This document shows positions 62,941-64,000 of a stretch of 64,000 bases of DNA, in pieces (position 1 is the stretch's first letter; each line of letters starts with the position of its first letter). The notes below the pieces were generated by a model. It was not told where the DNA came from. It worked only from the letters and a program-made list of their open reading frames with translations, and did not search any database. Source of the stretch: Octopus sinensis (taxonomy: Eukaryota); contig NC_043017.1 of the NCBI RefSeq assembly GCF_006345805.1, positions 17,670,001-17,734,000 of the forward strand, written 5' to 3'. The position numbers and the translations under genes are program-made.

Positions 62941-62968
62941 CTAGACTACCTGTGACCCGTTGGGTCAC
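62941..62968 (-). mobile_element. Helitron-like 3' terminus
   Basis: Minus strand hairpin GTGACCC-AAC-GGGTCAC, 7 nt spacer, CTAG followed by T; 5' end not located. Confidence 0.7.
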
Positions 62969-63333
62969 CTGGAAAGTCTGAGTTTCCCAGCAATGGAGTT
63001 TTGTTTCATGGGTTTCTTTTTCTTTTCCAGGTTATTTTGCATACTTTCAACGAATATGACATCAAAATCATGTGTAAACGGCTCCTTTCCCAGGAAAAGG
63101 AAAGATTTGGCTGCTATTTCTTGCACGCCTTGCTACCACATAACAGGTATTTCGAGTCCTTTATCACAAATAGCTGTTACGTGGTAGCAGGGCATGCTAG
63201 AAATAGCAGCCAAATCTTTGGAGCTGGGACACATTGAATGCACTCCAAAAATTTTTTGTAATGGTGTTCCTTTGAGGTGATCTTTCACTTTGACTCTCAG
63301 AACTGTCACCTGGATCAGATGGTTTTGTTCATA

Positions 63334-63752
63334 AATTTCTGTAAAATTTTCTTATTTATTTACTTATGTTTTAAAGTGAAAGAGAGGAGAAAGTGAAAGA
63401 TGCATGAATGTGTATATGAAATGGATGTATGTGTGTGTGTGTGTGAGAGAGATAGAGAGAGAGAGTGCCATTTACTCATACATGAGAACACACAGGCTCA
63501 CTCACTCTCTCTCTCTCTCATACACACATGTACATACAAAAAGATGTACGCATATGTATTCATGTATGCACGTATACATGACAACACATCCCTTCACTCA
63601 CTCTCTCACTCCCCTTCACTCTGTTCCTCTCTCACTCTTCCTCTCTTTCTTACACATATGTCCATTTCATATACTCGTACATACATCTTTCACTTTCTCC
63701 TCTCTTTCGCATGAAAACAAAAGTAAATAAATAAAAAAATTTTATGGAAATT
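63334..63752. mobile_element. Foldback/MITE with ~100 bp TIRs
   Basis: AATTTCTGTAAAATTTT...GAAAGAGAGGAGAAAGTGAAAGATG...TATATGAAATGG mirrored at 63650-63752. Confidence 0.8.
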
Positions 63753-64000
63753 AACTGACTTGAAAATAATTTTAAAAAACATTAAAGAAAGCTAAAATAT
63801 AAATACTTACTGTACAAACAACTTACATTTTTGAAATCACATTCAGTTAAAATATTTCTAAATAATTAAAATATTGTGTACGTCAAAAAGTTGACATCTT
63901 GTTTCTTAGAGAGCGTGAAGGCTATGTGTGTATATATGTCATAGATAGAGGATGTGTGTTTGTGTTGATTGACATGCCATGACAGTCATTATATGTGTGT

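Overview
AT-rich, intronic/intergenic animal DNA. The SINE and LINE families and the very high microsatellite density suggest an Octopus (coleoid cephalopod) genome; this is recognition from memory, not a database result. No complete protein-coding gene is visible, and almost all ORFs in the supplied track are microsatellite or antisense artefacts. Most of the window is mobile DNA: three tRNA-type SINE families, RTE, CR1, R4/Dong-like and Tx1-like LINE fragments, Penelope-like (PLE) RT fragments, three LTR-retrotransposon remnants, a hAT and a Mutator-like transposase remnant, many MITEs and a Helitron 3' end. It also holds an orphan ~0.5 kb 28S rRNA fragment and one or two candidate minus-strand exons (7244-7298, 14510-14636). 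The most notable signal is a set of microsatellite-anchored repeats carrying minimal type I hammerhead ribozyme motifs. The best case is a ~495 bp head-to-tail tandem repeat (55712-57070) with one hammerhead per full unit, resembling a retrozyme or PLE pseudo-LTR array that could release a ~495 nt monomer or circular RNA. Ribozyme activity is inferred from motif inspection only.
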